Assembly (NCBI GenBank): GCA_041665025.1
Contig: JBAYJP010000001.1
Span: 211,996-275,995, forward strand
Length of the DNA stretch: 64,000 nucleotides
From: Candidatus Magasanikiibacteriota bacterium
GTDB taxonomy: Bacteria > Patescibacteriota > Patescibacteriia > Magasanikbacterales > UBA922
Reading direction: 5' to 3'
Each line of letters opens with the position of its first letter. Position 1 is the first letter of the stretch. This document shows positions 9,522 through 19,094 of this stretch, piece after piece. The notes below the pieces were generated by a model. It saw only the letters and a program-made list of their open reading frames with translations, did not search any database and had not been told where the DNA came from. Position numbers and translations under genes: made by a program.

Positions 9522-10430
9522 TTATATGATCAAAAATAACCCAATACCTACAAGAACAATTGCACTTACTTCTAAAAAGATTTCACGACGAGTAAAATAT
9601 TCTTTAAATATTCCCGGTTTAAATTTCGTTAAGAGATACACCATGACAAACATAAGTGCATACTGCAGGCCGGACAATGCATTGACAACAGTAACACTTC
9701 CTATAGACATAGCAAATTGCAACACAATCACTTGCACAACAGACAACACTTTATTGAAAATAATAATACCCACCACATGACGTCTCGCGTACTGATGAGA
9801 CTCTTGTTTTTTCTTTTTATGGAATGATTTCCATACCGCAGGAAAACATAAGGTAATCAAACCTACTACTCCAATAAACGCACGGGACCAAATAAAACCT
9901 GTCCAAAATGGATATACGCCATATAAATACTTAGCACTCACATGCGATATCGCAAAACACAGCCCTGAAATAAATGCCCACACAAAACCTATATGAAATC
10001 CGTTATGGGAACGCGATTTTTCAAATGAAAGCAAAAGCGATGCCACAATAAGCACCGCGATTCCAACAACCTGTAAGCCCTGTAAAGACTCATTCAAAAA
10101 TAGAGAGGCACACGCGTATGTCGCAATAGTAACTACAGCTCCATTAAATGGATTTATATGAGATGCCTCCCCTTTTCCAAGCGCAATATATACCGTCCAT
10201 AATCCAAGTCCAAAAGCTATGCCGGATACAGCAGTCCAAATCCAATCGTGGCCTATTGGATGGTCAAACCCTATGATAGGCAACGCGGCAAGCGCGACGA
10301 ACATAAAAATTGTGGAGTAAAACGTATACACCACAGGCTTACTCACTGATTTGCTCACAATAATTTTATCCAAAATAAAATTAATTGAAAGCAAGAAATA
10401 ACCCAGCATTGCAATAAAAAACCACAGCAT
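9522..10430 (-). CDS. EamA/DMT family transporter
   Basis: About 10 TM segments, duplicated domain, GEAS and LFLNESL motifs. Confidence 0.8.
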   Translation of the reverse strand: MLWFFIAMLGYFLLSINFILDKIIVSKSVSKPVVYTFYSTIFMFVALAALPIIGFDHPIGHDWIWTAVSGIAFGLGLWTVYIALGKGEASHINPFNGAVVTIATYACASLFLNESLQGLQVVGIAVLIVASLLLSFEKSRSHNGFHIGFVWAFISGLCFAISHVSAKYLYGVYPFWTGFIWSRAFIGVVGLITLCFPAVWKSFHKKKKQESHQYARRHVVGIIIFNKVLSVVQVIVLQFAMSIGSVTVVNALSGLQYALMFVMVYLLTKFKPGIFKEYFTRREIFLEVSAIVLVGIGLFLII

Positions 10431-10432
10431 AG

Positions 10433-10500
10433 TAAAAGTTTCAAGTTATAAAGTTTCGAGTTATAAAGTTTCGATACAGTCAATCATGACTTTATAACTA
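10433..10500. repeat. AAAGTT-family periodic repeat arm with short inverted partner
   Basis: AGTTATAAAGTTTCG twice in tandem, then ACTTTATAACT. Confidence 0.75.
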
Positions 10501-11868
10501 TAACAAATGAACATCTTCTATTTCGCTTCTCTTTCCTCTCAACACAACCTCTTCGATATGATAGGCGCCATTGCGCGGAGCATTCAGAAATCCATTCATA
10601 GCAGCCTGCGCCAACCAGCCTGACTCAAGCCAGTCAAACAGCCATTCAGACGTATATCGCGGGTCTTCTTGAGGGACGCCCGCACCAATAGACATGAGCC
10701 ACTGTTTATTGAAATCTTCTTGCGAGCCAACCGTAGGAGCAATAATAATAGGCAGGCCCAAACCAGCATAAAACGATAACTCACTTGGTTTGGTCCACAA
10801 AACGTCAGTCTCATTGAGCACAGCATTAAATTTTTTGAAATACTCCTCTTTTGATTCAGCGTATACAATGGAAATATGTTTGTGATCCTTTAGTGAAAAA
10901 TTATTTTTATGTAACTCGTCTTCATAAAAACGATACACATCGTTACGCGTCCCAGCAACTAGACATAATTTCACTCTTCCTTTTACAATATGTTCACGCA
11001 AACTCTGCGCAATAATAATACCAAGCTCGCGCTGTGCTCCAGCACCGCCGACTGCAAATGTGATGGTAATCGGATGACGCACTTTGCATCTTTTGGCACA
11101 AAATTCTGAACTCAAAAATTCCGAGATGGTATGCGCATATTTACGGCGGTAACGTCCGTCTGGATCGAGATGGGTTATGCGCTCACCCAAAGACTTTTTC
11201 AAAATTGAAAGTGAAGATCCACCAATATTTTCTTTTGGCAAAGGAAATCCCGTAACAAAAATATTTTCTTTCCTGACTCCATACAACTGCAGACGCTCTT
11301 TCACACGCCTATTGGGGACCAAATAATTGATTCTTGTTTTCTTGGGATCAAAGGGCGCCCATGCACGGCTGATGTCTGTATCTGTACAAATACAATAAAT
11401 AGGGCCTTTGTACCCATGTTCTTCTGCAAAAAAGGCAGGGGTAAAAAATGTACTGATGAAAGGCAACGGATTGTGATTCAAAAGTTGGATAAGATGTTTT
11501 CCCCATCCAGACCTAATCATCCGATATATTTGTTTTACTTGAATAGTAGGGCCAGATAAATCGCGTGCGGGATAAAAAGGTTCAATACGCTGGACATAGT
11601 CCATAATGCCAAACGCCGCAGTACCAATAAGCGGAATATGTTTCATCCGAGAAACTGTTTCATAGAGTTTGCGCCCCCCCTCCCACATTCGTTGATCTTT
11701 TGCAGGAATTCCGCCATATTTGTTTGCGTTAATCACTCCGCTTCCATTGGTAGAAACTCCTTCTATTGAAGCGGCAATATCATGCAAAGGGTATGCCGCG
11801 CGCTGATGGCCATAGCCCATATCAACCGTAACGACATATGCATTTTTAAATTTTTCTTGGAAAGCCAT
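10498..11868 (-). CDS. GT-B fold glycosyltransferase-like protein (MGDG synthase/MurG-like)
   Basis: VDMGYGHQRAA, VTGFP, GGAG, TKPSE, GSQEDFN; start taken at MAFQEK. Confidence 0.7.
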   Translation of the reverse strand: MAFQEKFKNAYVVTVDMGYGHQRAAYPLHDIAASIEGVSTNGSGVINANKYGGIPAKDQRMWEGGRKLYETVSRMKHIPLIGTAAFGIMDYVQRIEPFYPARDLSGPTIQVKQIYRMIRSGWGKHLIQLLNHNPLPFISTFFTPAFFAEEHGYKGPIYCICTDTDISRAWAPFDPKKTRINYLVPNRRVKERLQLYGVRKENIFVTGFPLPKENIGGSSLSILKKSLGERITHLDPDGRYRRKYAHTISEFLSSEFCAKRCKVRHPITITFAVGGAGAQRELGIIIAQSLREHIVKGRVKLCLVAGTRNDVYRFYEDELHKNNFSLKDHKHISIVYAESKEEYFKKFNAVLNETDVLWTKPSELSFYAGLGLPIIIAPTVGSQEDFNKQWLMSIGAGVPQEDPRYTSEWLFDWLESGWLAQAAMNGFLNAPRNGAYHIEEVVLRGKRSEIEDVHLL

Positions 11869-11940
11869 AGAAGAAACAAAATATCTCGAAAAAATAAAAT
11901 ATCTTAAATTCAATTGCCTACAGTATACCACATAGCAGCA

Positions 11941-12055
11941 AAAATTCTAAGCTCTAAACTCGAAACAAATTTAAATGTTTAAATTAAAAAAAATTGAAAA
12001 TTGAATTTTGTAGTTTGATATTATTTAGAATTTTGTACTTTAAGTTTAGTATTTA
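11941..12055. repeat. Heptamer-based imperfect inverted repeat
   Basis: AAATTCT AAGCTCT AAACTCG AAACAAAT... with T-rich mirror arm; shares TAAACTCGAAACAAAT with the 14443-14570 repeat. Confidence 0.7.
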
Positions 12056-14416
12056 CTATATTTCAATATTGTCCGGCGGCATAAACTTCGCTGGCTGAGT
12101 ATTCATATGCGCCAGTAGTGGTATATCTTCAAGAGACAATTTTCCTGTGTATAAAATTTTCATGCCTTCCTGAAGACTTTCCGAAAGATATTCCCTCACT
12201 TTTGTATATCCGCGAAAATATATGAGATCGCGCGTAGACGCACCCGCCCTGCTCGTGTCAGATATACCACGTTTAGCACGCACACACGTAGTCCAGGCGC
12301 TCTCGTCATCAAGCACATATTCTTTTTTCATATAATTGAACAATTCCACAAACGACATAGTCTGTGCATGGTATGCGGCAATAATACGTATACCAACGCG
12401 CTGCTCTTTTTCGCCCAATGGCAAACCGAGATGGCGCTGGTTATACACTGCCAACCCTTCTTCTGTCTCGAGATAGTGCGCCGTACCCTGTTCAAAAATT
12501 TGAAATGACTGTAATTTACCATTTTCAAGGCGATAAATATGTGTGCATATCTCATGCATAATTGCCGCAGACAAACGATTTTCAGACATTTTTACTTGCG
12601 AACGGACAAAAATAGTTCCATATTTATTCACTGCTATGTCAGCCGCCTGCGTTGAAGAAGTGACGACGCGCCATGAATTCAAATTATGCGTATCCAAAAA
12701 TGTACGCAAACGTTTTAAAATAGCGCGCGTCCCAAGCACTTTACTGGTATCCTCCGTAAGAGGATGTTCATCAATAAATGCTTTGGCTTGATTATACAAG
12801 TCTTCCGAAACATTACCATACAATTTTTCTGACGCATGAGGAAAATCCTCAGTCCCCACTTCGTCGATAAACTCAAGTTTAGTAATCATTTCTTCAATCT
12901 TTCTTACAAACAAGGGCATAAGTGCGTGATCAATGTCACGAGGCAAGGCGTCTATTTCACGCAGCATTTTTTCTAAATCAAATGATGGCCTACGATACAC
13001 AAACTTAGGAGACGCAATGGGACGCTGCAAAAATTGTTCTTTTGCTTCTACAAAATTAAGAGGTTTTATATACGCGAGCACATTAAGTTCCTTATCGATT
13101 TCGCACAATTTCTTGTCAATATTTTTCACAATCTTCTCATTCACCTCTCTGCGTTTAGCCTGCGTAGCAATGTGACTTTCCTCACTCGACTTGCTTTGTG
13201 CTGACTGAGGGTCAATAAGAAACCCATACAAAGCCTTCCCACCAATAATTGCCTGATATGTACCCTCGATATCTTGCATTTTAAAAGGAAACCTCACACG
13301 TTCTCCGCGAATAAGTACGTCGGCAAATCGCTCGGAGGGATCGAGATAGGTAAGGGATGAATCAAATACAACCTTCTCTCCATGTGGATCAATCTTTGCG
13401 CGTATGTGAGTATACGGCGTATTTAATATTTCAATATCTTCATACAAACCAACCACTTTTCGCGCAGTATCGTCTTTTTCTGTTTTTTCTTTCTCTGATA
13501 TGCTACTAAACAAGGCTTTGCTCACCTCAACGCCTTTTTCAGGATTCGGAATTTTTAAATCTTCAATTTTTTTGAGGCGATGCTTCAGTGGAATCTGATT
13601 TGCAATTTGGATGCCAAGCCCCGCGCGCGCATTTAATTCCAAAACTTTAATTCCATTGGTGGTAAGTGAAAGATCAACAGCTAAAAATTTTATTTGGCTT
13701 GCCTGCTGAGCGCGGGCAGCTGCGAGCAAAATAGTGTCCCATTCTGGCATTTCGATTTCTCTCACTTTTTTTCCATTGGGTAATTTTTGTATAAATCTAT
13801 TATGATAAACCGCGTACGTTGCTTTTCCCGTGACAATATCAATACCCGCACCGATAGCTCCCAAATGCAGATTGGCTTTCCCATGCGATTCAATCGTGGG
13901 TAACCGTAACATGGCGATAATCGGAACAAAATTAAAAACAATAATACGGATATCAGGAAGTCCACTTTCAATAAATGATTTGAAATATTCATGTGGCACA
14001 AGCAATTCCTCTATAATAACCTGGTCAAACAAACCAGAAATTGCATATTTACCATCGATAATAGATACCATATGATGATACAGCTCTGTCCATGTATACT
14101 GAGCTCCATCGACGCCAAAAAAATCATTGCCTTTATGCTGTGAAATAACAATAATCCCCTCTCCGCCATAACCGCGGTTTGGCTTAATAACAAATTTTTC
14201 TGGCAATGACTTCGGATTAAGGGTCTTCAAATCATTGTGACGTTTTAAGACTGCGTACACTTTTGCCACGCCAAAACCGCGTACCATGAGGTAATTTTTC
14301 GTAAACATTTTATCATCTGCAAAACGCTTGCTCTCATCTGTATTATAACGGCCGACATACTGCAGATTGCGCGCGTTCATGCCGAGTATGCCGTGGACTT
14401 TTTGAATCAGACCCAT
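12056..14416 (-). CDS. Alpha-L-glutamate-ligase-like ATP-grasp fused to degenerate aspartyl-protease-like domain and DUF1704/MATCAP-like metallopeptidase
   Basis: GILGMNARN, DDKMFTK, IKPNRGYGGEG, GKANLHLGA, LELNARAG; RAKIDPHG; HEICTH...TEEGLA. Confidence 0.8.
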   Translation of the reverse strand: MGLIQKVHGILGMNARNLQYVGRYNTDESKRFADDKMFTKNYLMVRGFGVAKVYAVLKRHNDLKTLNPKSLPEKFVIKPNRGYGGEGIIVISQHKGNDFFGVDGAQYTWTELYHHMVSIIDGKYAISGLFDQVIIEELLVPHEYFKSFIESGLPDIRIIVFNFVPIIAMLRLPTIESHGKANLHLGAIGAGIDIVTGKATYAVYHNRFIQKLPNGKKVREIEMPEWDTILLAAARAQQASQIKFLAVDLSLTTNGIKVLELNARAGLGIQIANQIPLKHRLKKIEDLKIPNPEKGVEVSKALFSSISEKEKTEKDDTARKVVGLYEDIEILNTPYTHIRAKIDPHGEKVVFDSSLTYLDPSERFADVLIRGERVRFPFKMQDIEGTYQAIIGGKALYGFLIDPQSAQSKSSEESHIATQAKRREVNEKIVKNIDKKLCEIDKELNVLAYIKPLNFVEAKEQFLQRPIASPKFVYRRPSFDLEKMLREIDALPRDIDHALMPLFVRKIEEMITKLEFIDEVGTEDFPHASEKLYGNVSEDLYNQAKAFIDEHPLTEDTSKVLGTRAILKRLRTFLDTHNLNSWRVVTSSTQAADIAVNKYGTIFVRSQVKMSENRLSAAIMHEICTHIYRLENGKLQSFQIFEQGTAHYLETEEGLAVYNQRHLGLPLGEKEQRVGIRIIAAYHAQTMSFVELFNYMKKEYVLDDESAWTTCVRAKRGISDTSRAGASTRDLIYFRGYTKVREYLSESLQEGMKILYTGKLSLEDIPLLAHMNTQPAKFMPPDNIEI

Positions 14417-14442
14417 ATACAATTGTCTACTTTATAACGCAT

Positions 14443-14570
14443 TAAAACTCTAAATACGAAAAACTAAACTCGAAACAAATACAAAATTTAAATAACCAAA
14501 TTACAATTTTAAATTTTAAGAATTTAATATTTGAATTTATTTAGAATTTCGAGATTCGAGAATAGATTTT
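14443..14570. repeat. Heptamer-based imperfect inverted repeat
   Basis: AAACTCT AAATACG AAAAACT AAACTCG AAACAAAT...TTTATTTAGAATTTCGAGATTCGAG. Confidence 0.7.
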
Positions 14571-14577
14571 ATATCAA

Positions 14578-16107
14578 CTACTCTTCTTTATGATCAGACA
14601 ATAAACTTCTAAATCGTATGTATTCACTGATGCGCAGGCCGCTAAATTTTCCAAGTAAAATAATAAGGACAAGCGGAACCAAAATAAATTCCGGCCAAGA
14701 AATGATCAAGCTATTGAACGAAGACCAATGAATCATATAATACGATACAATCACAACGCCCAATGTTTCAATAACGCCAAATATGGCCGCACGCAAACCC
14801 TCTTCGGACTTGGTTGCAGTAAATTTTTCAGACAATGTCGACATAACAAGCAAAGGAAATACCGCCACTGACAATGGAAGCGTTGTACCGATCCACATCA
14901 TAATCACCATGAGAATCAAAAAAGACAAACTAATAAATGACAAATTTAGGGCAACCTTGGTAAGATACAGAAGTTCAATTTTTCCAAATATAAATTTCAC
15001 AATATAACTTGTAACAACTGCAAAAATAAACGCGAGAATACCAAATTTGAGGCCCAAAATATAAAAAGTCAAACTAATGATGACCGGGGTGAAAACTCCA
15101 AATGTATTGACACCTACCACATGGCGCGCGAACACAACAACAAACGCGAGAAATGGAACAGTGAGAATTAAATAAATACTGTCTGCAGATATTCCGCGCT
15201 TGATAAACGAAGTAACCAATGTAGACAGTACATACCACTTCGGCTTTCCAGAATCACTATCAATGCGAAGAAATTCAATCCCCCGTTCCTGGAGCTGGGT
15301 TTCTACAGCAGAAATATCAATCGTACTTGCTAATACCCCCAATGCTTCTGGCCGTGTGAGCAATAGATGCCGGGGACGCACGATCTCAAACGTCTGATAC
15401 GCGCCTTGCTTGGCAACATACATATTATTCTCAGAAATAAACACAAATTGTTTATTCTTTAAAATAATTTTTTGCTCATCAGGAACTCCCTGCCAGTACC
15501 GTGTAAATGCCTGCAATCCGCGCAAGGAACTTGTGTAAAACACAAGCGTCTCTGCATCTTGAATTTTTTTTATCTCGGTATCAAACAACTTAAGAAATTC
15601 TTCTTCCGCCACATAGTCACCCTGGGTCTCTGCAGGAACTACGATATCAAATGCAATACCATATTCCTCAGCTTGGCTGTCTAATTCTTTGAGCCGCTGT
15701 GCCGTAGACGAATCTCCAATGAAAATCACGCGTCCATTATATACGAGCACGCTTTTACTGCTCATTCTAATTTCTCCCGTAGCACTATCTGTTGCAGTAA
15801 GTGTAACATCGTACACGTCTGCCTTTACATATTGATGCACTACTTCTGTCCCAACTTCAAAAAATCCGTCTCCGAAATCCCAACGAAACGTAACCGTAGA
15901 TGTGGGAGAAATAGTGGATTTAGAAGCATCAAATATAATCTTTTTATCAACACGGACTGAGTCGTCCGAGACAATAACCGGCGTGAGTGAAAATTCAGCT
16001 AAAACGGAATCTTCTGCTGTCTGGGCATGAGTTATATTTCCCAAACTAACGCCTATGGTTAATAAGAAAAAAAACAAAATATAACCAATATATCGAGATG
16101 TGTTCAT
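14578..16107 (-). CDS. PKD domain plus 7TM domain (7TM_transglut-like) membrane protein
   Basis: FRWDFGDG PKD motif; RHVVGVNTFGVFTP, FPLLV, GLRISEYIRF. Confidence 0.8.
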   Translation of the reverse strand: MNTSRYIGYILFFFLLTIGVSLGNITHAQTAEDSVLAEFSLTPVIVSDDSVRVDKKIIFDASKSTISPTSTVTFRWDFGDGFFEVGTEVVHQYVKADVYDVTLTATDSATGEIRMSSKSVLVYNGRVIFIGDSSTAQRLKELDSQAEEYGIAFDIVVPAETQGDYVAEEEFLKLFDTEIKKIQDAETLVFYTSSLRGLQAFTRYWQGVPDEQKIILKNKQFVFISENNMYVAKQGAYQTFEIVRPRHLLLTRPEALGVLASTIDISAVETQLQERGIEFLRIDSDSGKPKWYVLSTLVTSFIKRGISADSIYLILTVPFLAFVVVFARHVVGVNTFGVFTPVIISLTFYILGLKFGILAFIFAVVTSYIVKFIFGKIELLYLTKVALNLSFISLSFLILMVIMMWIGTTLPLSVAVFPLLVMSTLSEKFTATKSEEGLRAAIFGVIETLGVVIVSYYMIHWSSFNSLIISWPEFILVPLVLIILLGKFSGLRISEYIRFRSLLSDHKEE

Positions 16108-16256
16108 ACGCTTAACAATGTTAAAATATAGTTGTGTATATAGTATAGCAGATTTGGCTCATATAAAAAATCCAGCGTCGCTTTGCTATGCTGGATAAAC
16201 TACGAAACCCTATTTTGAATTTTACCGCTTGCCAGGCGTAACGAAGTGAGGACTAG

Positions 16257-16327
16257 CAGGCGCTGTAGGAATCGAACCTACACTAACGGTTTTGGAGACC
16301 GTAGTACTACCATTATACGAAGCGCCC
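16257..16327 (-). tRNA. tRNA-Trp (CCA)
   Basis: GGGCGCT...ACGGT CTCCAAA ACCGT...GGTTCGATTCC...AGCGCCT. Confidence 0.95.
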
Positions 16328-16425
16328 ATGCTTTGAAAGCCAAAAAAGTATACTAAATAATTAACTAAAAATCAAGTAATATATCTTACCTCATTTTTAT
16401 CAAAGATAATAGCGTAATAACGTAT

Positions 16426-17244
16426 TTACACTGATTTAGGCGGTACTTTTTGGATAACATCTGTATCCTTTTTCCAAAAAACTGCAGTAATCATTACCCC
16501 AAGAAGCAAAACAGTAAACAAATATCGAATTTGTACATCAAAAGCTGATAATACTGCCACAATAATACTTGGCCCTGTGAGTGCAAAAAGCCCTAAGGTA
16601 TATATACTCCCAAATTTCCATTCATCCCATTTCCCAAAATAAGCAACTAATAATACAATTACAGATACTACCAACAAATAAACTAATTTTCCAATACCAA
16701 GAATAAAGAACCACGCCACCAAAGCCAGAACAAAAATTCCAGTCTTGTTCATGAGTGTTCCATCTATCCAGGAAATGACACTCTGCTTACCTATTTCAAA
16801 ATTCGGCATTTCAGAAAAATACTGAACTTTTGTCTGATGTTGTTCTCTGTCATAAAACTCCAGCCTATTTGAAGCAAACAACACGCCATCTTGAGTAGAT
16901 GTATCAATGTATGCGTCAATCGGCTCAGTGGTGGATGAAACAGTATCTACGATTATTTTGACAGATTTTTCCTCGGACTCAAATATGTATGGCTGTTCTA
17001 GTTGTGTTACATTGGCTACTCCATCTTTTACTTGTACATGAAATGCGGGGATATTGTTTACAATTTCATTGCGTACGTCAGATACTCGACGTGGTATGAT
17101 TATGGCAGAATAAATCGCGTAGCCTACAGACAAAAGTAAAATAAACAAGATGACATAATTGGCAGCCTGGCGGCCGTTGTTGCGCTGTGCACGCAACCAT
17201 GAAAAGTCATAGAGACTTTTTAGAAACGCTTTGAGGTAAAACAT
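16426..17244 (-). CDS. DUF1189-like membrane protein
   Basis: One TM, soluble domain, then 3-4 TMs; FLKSLYDF and IPAFHVQVKDG pattern. Confidence 0.6.
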   Translation of the reverse strand: MFYLKAFLKSLYDFSWLRAQRNNGRQAANYVILFILLLSVGYAIYSAIIIPRRVSDVRNEIVNNIPAFHVQVKDGVANVTQLEQPYIFESEEKSVKIIVDTVSSTTEPIDAYIDTSTQDGVLFASNRLEFYDREQHQTKVQYFSEMPNFEIGKQSVISWIDGTLMNKTGIFVLALVAWFFILGIGKLVYLLVVSVIVLLVAYFGKWDEWKFGSIYTLGLFALTGPSIIVAVLSAFDVQIRYLFTVLLLGVMITAVFWKKDTDVIQKVPPKSV

Positions 17245-17294
17245 ATATTACACGTAAAAAATAAAACGGTCAGAACTGACCGTTTTAGTATATC

Positions 17295-17465
17295 TTACTT
17301 CGTTTCCTTGTGCAATGTATGTTTCTTACAGTATTTGCAGTACTTTTCAAGCTCAAGCCTATCTTTGATAGTTTTCTTATTTTTGCGAGAAAAATAATTG
17401 ATGTGCTTGCACACGGTACATTCAAGCTTAATCATGTTTTTTCGCTCTTCTGATTTTGAGGCCAT
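17295..17465 (-). CDS. rpmG: 50S ribosomal protein L33 (Zn-binding type)
   Basis: Hand translation [56 protein letters not shown]; absent from the ORF track. Confidence 0.96.
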   Translation of the reverse strand: MASKSEERKNMIKLECTVCKHINYFSRKNKKTIKDRLELEKYCKYCKKHTLHKETK

Positions 17466-17556
17466 ATCATTAAGTTAATATAGAAAGTTTACCCGTCTAT
17501 TTATAGAATAGGGTGACGTAATAATACACAAAAGACATCGAAATGTCAATACCCAG

Positions 17557-17629
17557 AGCCGTTGCGCGGAATTGAACCGCGGACCACCTCCTTACCATGG
17601 AGGTGCTCTACCAACTGAGCTACAACGGC
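17557..17629 (-). tRNA. tRNA-Thr (GGT)
   Basis: GCCGTTG TAGCTCAG...CCTCC ATGGTAA GGAGG...GGTTCAATTCC. Confidence 0.95.
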
Positions 17630-17747
17630 CTAAATTCCTGTGCGTGCCAAGATGACGCGACCATTGCAGCAGATAATCAGCCGCGTAAAGTCGCTGACGA
17701 TCCTACGCGTCACTCAAAGACGCTTCGTGTAGTCGCGTCTTTTCGCG

Positions 17748-17821
17748 TGCACGCCAAGGGATTCGAACCCCTGACCCTCTCGGTGTAAACGAGATGCTCT
17801 AACCAACTGAGCTAGGCGTGC
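17748..17821 (-). tRNA. tRNA-Val (TAC)
   Basis: GCACGCC TAGCTCAG...TCTCG TTTACAC CGAGA...GGTTCGAATCC. Confidence 0.95.
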
Positions 17822-17825
17822 GTAG

Positions 17826-17907
17826 TGGGCAGAGAAGGATTCGAACCTTCGAAGGCGGAGCCAACAGATTTACAGTCTGTCCCCTTTGACCGCTCGGGAA
17901 TCTGCCC
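17826..17907 (-). tRNA. tRNA-Tyr (GTA)
   Basis: GGGCAGA...ACAGA CTGTAAA TCTGT, long variable arm. Confidence 0.95.
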
Positions 17908-17912
17908 GTGAT

Positions 17913-18000
17913 AGTTTGTAAAGTTAAAAGTTATAAAGTAAAAAGTTACTAGAGTAAAAAACTAAAACTTTATAACTTGGAACTTTACAACTTTTAACTT
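17913..18000. repeat. AAAGTT-family inverted repeat between tRNA genes
   Basis: GTAAAGTTAAAAGTTATAAAGT ... ACTTTATAACTTGGAACTTTAC (20/22 complementary). Confidence 0.85.
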
Positions 18001-18005
18001 TGGAG

Positions 18006-18078
18006 AGCCGAGAACAGGATTCGAACCCGCGACCCGCTGTTTACAAAACAGCTGCTCTACCAGCTGAGCTATCTCGGC
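18006..18078 (-). tRNA. tRNA-Thr (TGT)
   Basis: GCCGAGA TAGCTCAG...GCTGT TTTGTAA ACAGC...GGTTCGAATCC. Confidence 0.95.
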
Positions 18079-18144
18079 ACGTCTTCGCTTCGCTACGCCG
18101 TGCAAGCACTTTTACTAAAGGGCATAACTTGGCAAACTTAGATA

Positions 18145-18164
18145 CCTGCCTACCGGCAGGCAGG
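18145..18164. repeat. REP-like palindrome nested in a 9-nt-period AACTTAG arm
   Basis: CCTGCCTACCGGCAGGCAGG. Confidence 0.7.
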
Positions 18165-18187
18165 CTTATTAAACTTAGTCAACTTTG

Positions 18188-19090
18188 CTACTTTAATTCA
18201 TCAATTCGTTGTCTAAAGAGTTGTAACTTTTGATTTTCTGGATTAATCATGCGAAGCTGCTGATAACCATCTTCTGCCAAATCTTTGCGCCCCAATAGTA
18301 TACTGACTTCTACGAAATTGTCAAGGTATTTAGGATTTTGGCCTTCGAGAATCAAAGCCTGTTGTATTGCCTCTAGAGCCGTCTCATATTCTTTTAGTCC
18401 AAACAGCAAATCAAACAGCTTGACAAAGCGTACGGGATTGTTTGGGTTAATCATCACAGCCTCTTGATAATACTCAACTGCTTCTTCTATCTTATTTTCT
18501 TCTTCCGCAATAAGACCGAGCTTCAAATATATTTCTTCATCATTTGGATCAATTTTCAAAACAAATTGATACGTCTCTTTTGCTTCTTTCTTTTGGCCTT
18601 GTTGCAGATATACTGTTGCCAATCCTTTGTACACTGCCTTATTTTTTGGATCCACCTGAAGCGCGGCCAAAAACTCTTTTTCAGCAGTAATCAAATCTCC
18701 TTGTTCAGCATCTTTTTGGGCTGAAGCAAGCAAATCATGCAAATCTTCTTTCTGCTTATCTTTTTGTTCTGGAGTTAAAACTTTTTTAGCTAAAGCGGAT
18801 CCTTCCATAGCTGCTTTTCTCTCCACAGACCCCACAAACCGCCTAAATATAGATTGTATCTTTACAAACAACACAGTTAGGTAAGACAAACGTTTTTTCC
18901 ATTTACCATATACTTCCGCGCTTTCTTTGGCTGCCCTTTTTCTCATAAAATCACTTTTCTTTTTTTTCAATTTTTGAACTGGAAGTGTTTCAACATCAAG
19001 TAGCAATAATTGTGAATAGTGGCGTGCAACAATAATGCCCATTACGACAAGAGAACACCCAATAAGTGAAAGAGGCAAGACCACAGTCAT
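18188..19090 (-). CDS. Membrane-anchored tetratricopeptide repeat protein
   Basis: Several TPR units (ALQVDPKN, VLKIDPND, AVMINPNN). Confidence 0.9.
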   Translation of the reverse strand: MTVVLPLSLIGCSLVVMGIIVARHYSQLLLLDVETLPVQKLKKKKSDFMRKRAAKESAEVYGKWKKRLSYLTVLFVKIQSIFRRFVGSVERKAAMEGSALAKKVLTPEQKDKQKEDLHDLLASAQKDAEQGDLITAEKEFLAALQVDPKNKAVYKGLATVYLQQGQKKEAKETYQFVLKIDPNDEEIYLKLGLIAEEENKIEEAVEYYQEAVMINPNNPVRFVKLFDLLFGLKEYETALEAIQQALILEGQNPKYLDNFVEVSILLGRKDLAEDGYQQLRMINPENQKLQLFRQRIDELK

Positions 19091-19094
19091 ATAA

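Noticed and set aside
16257-18078. Prophage or integrative island at the tRNA cluster
   Set aside because: No integrase or phage genes; the neighbours are housekeeping genes.
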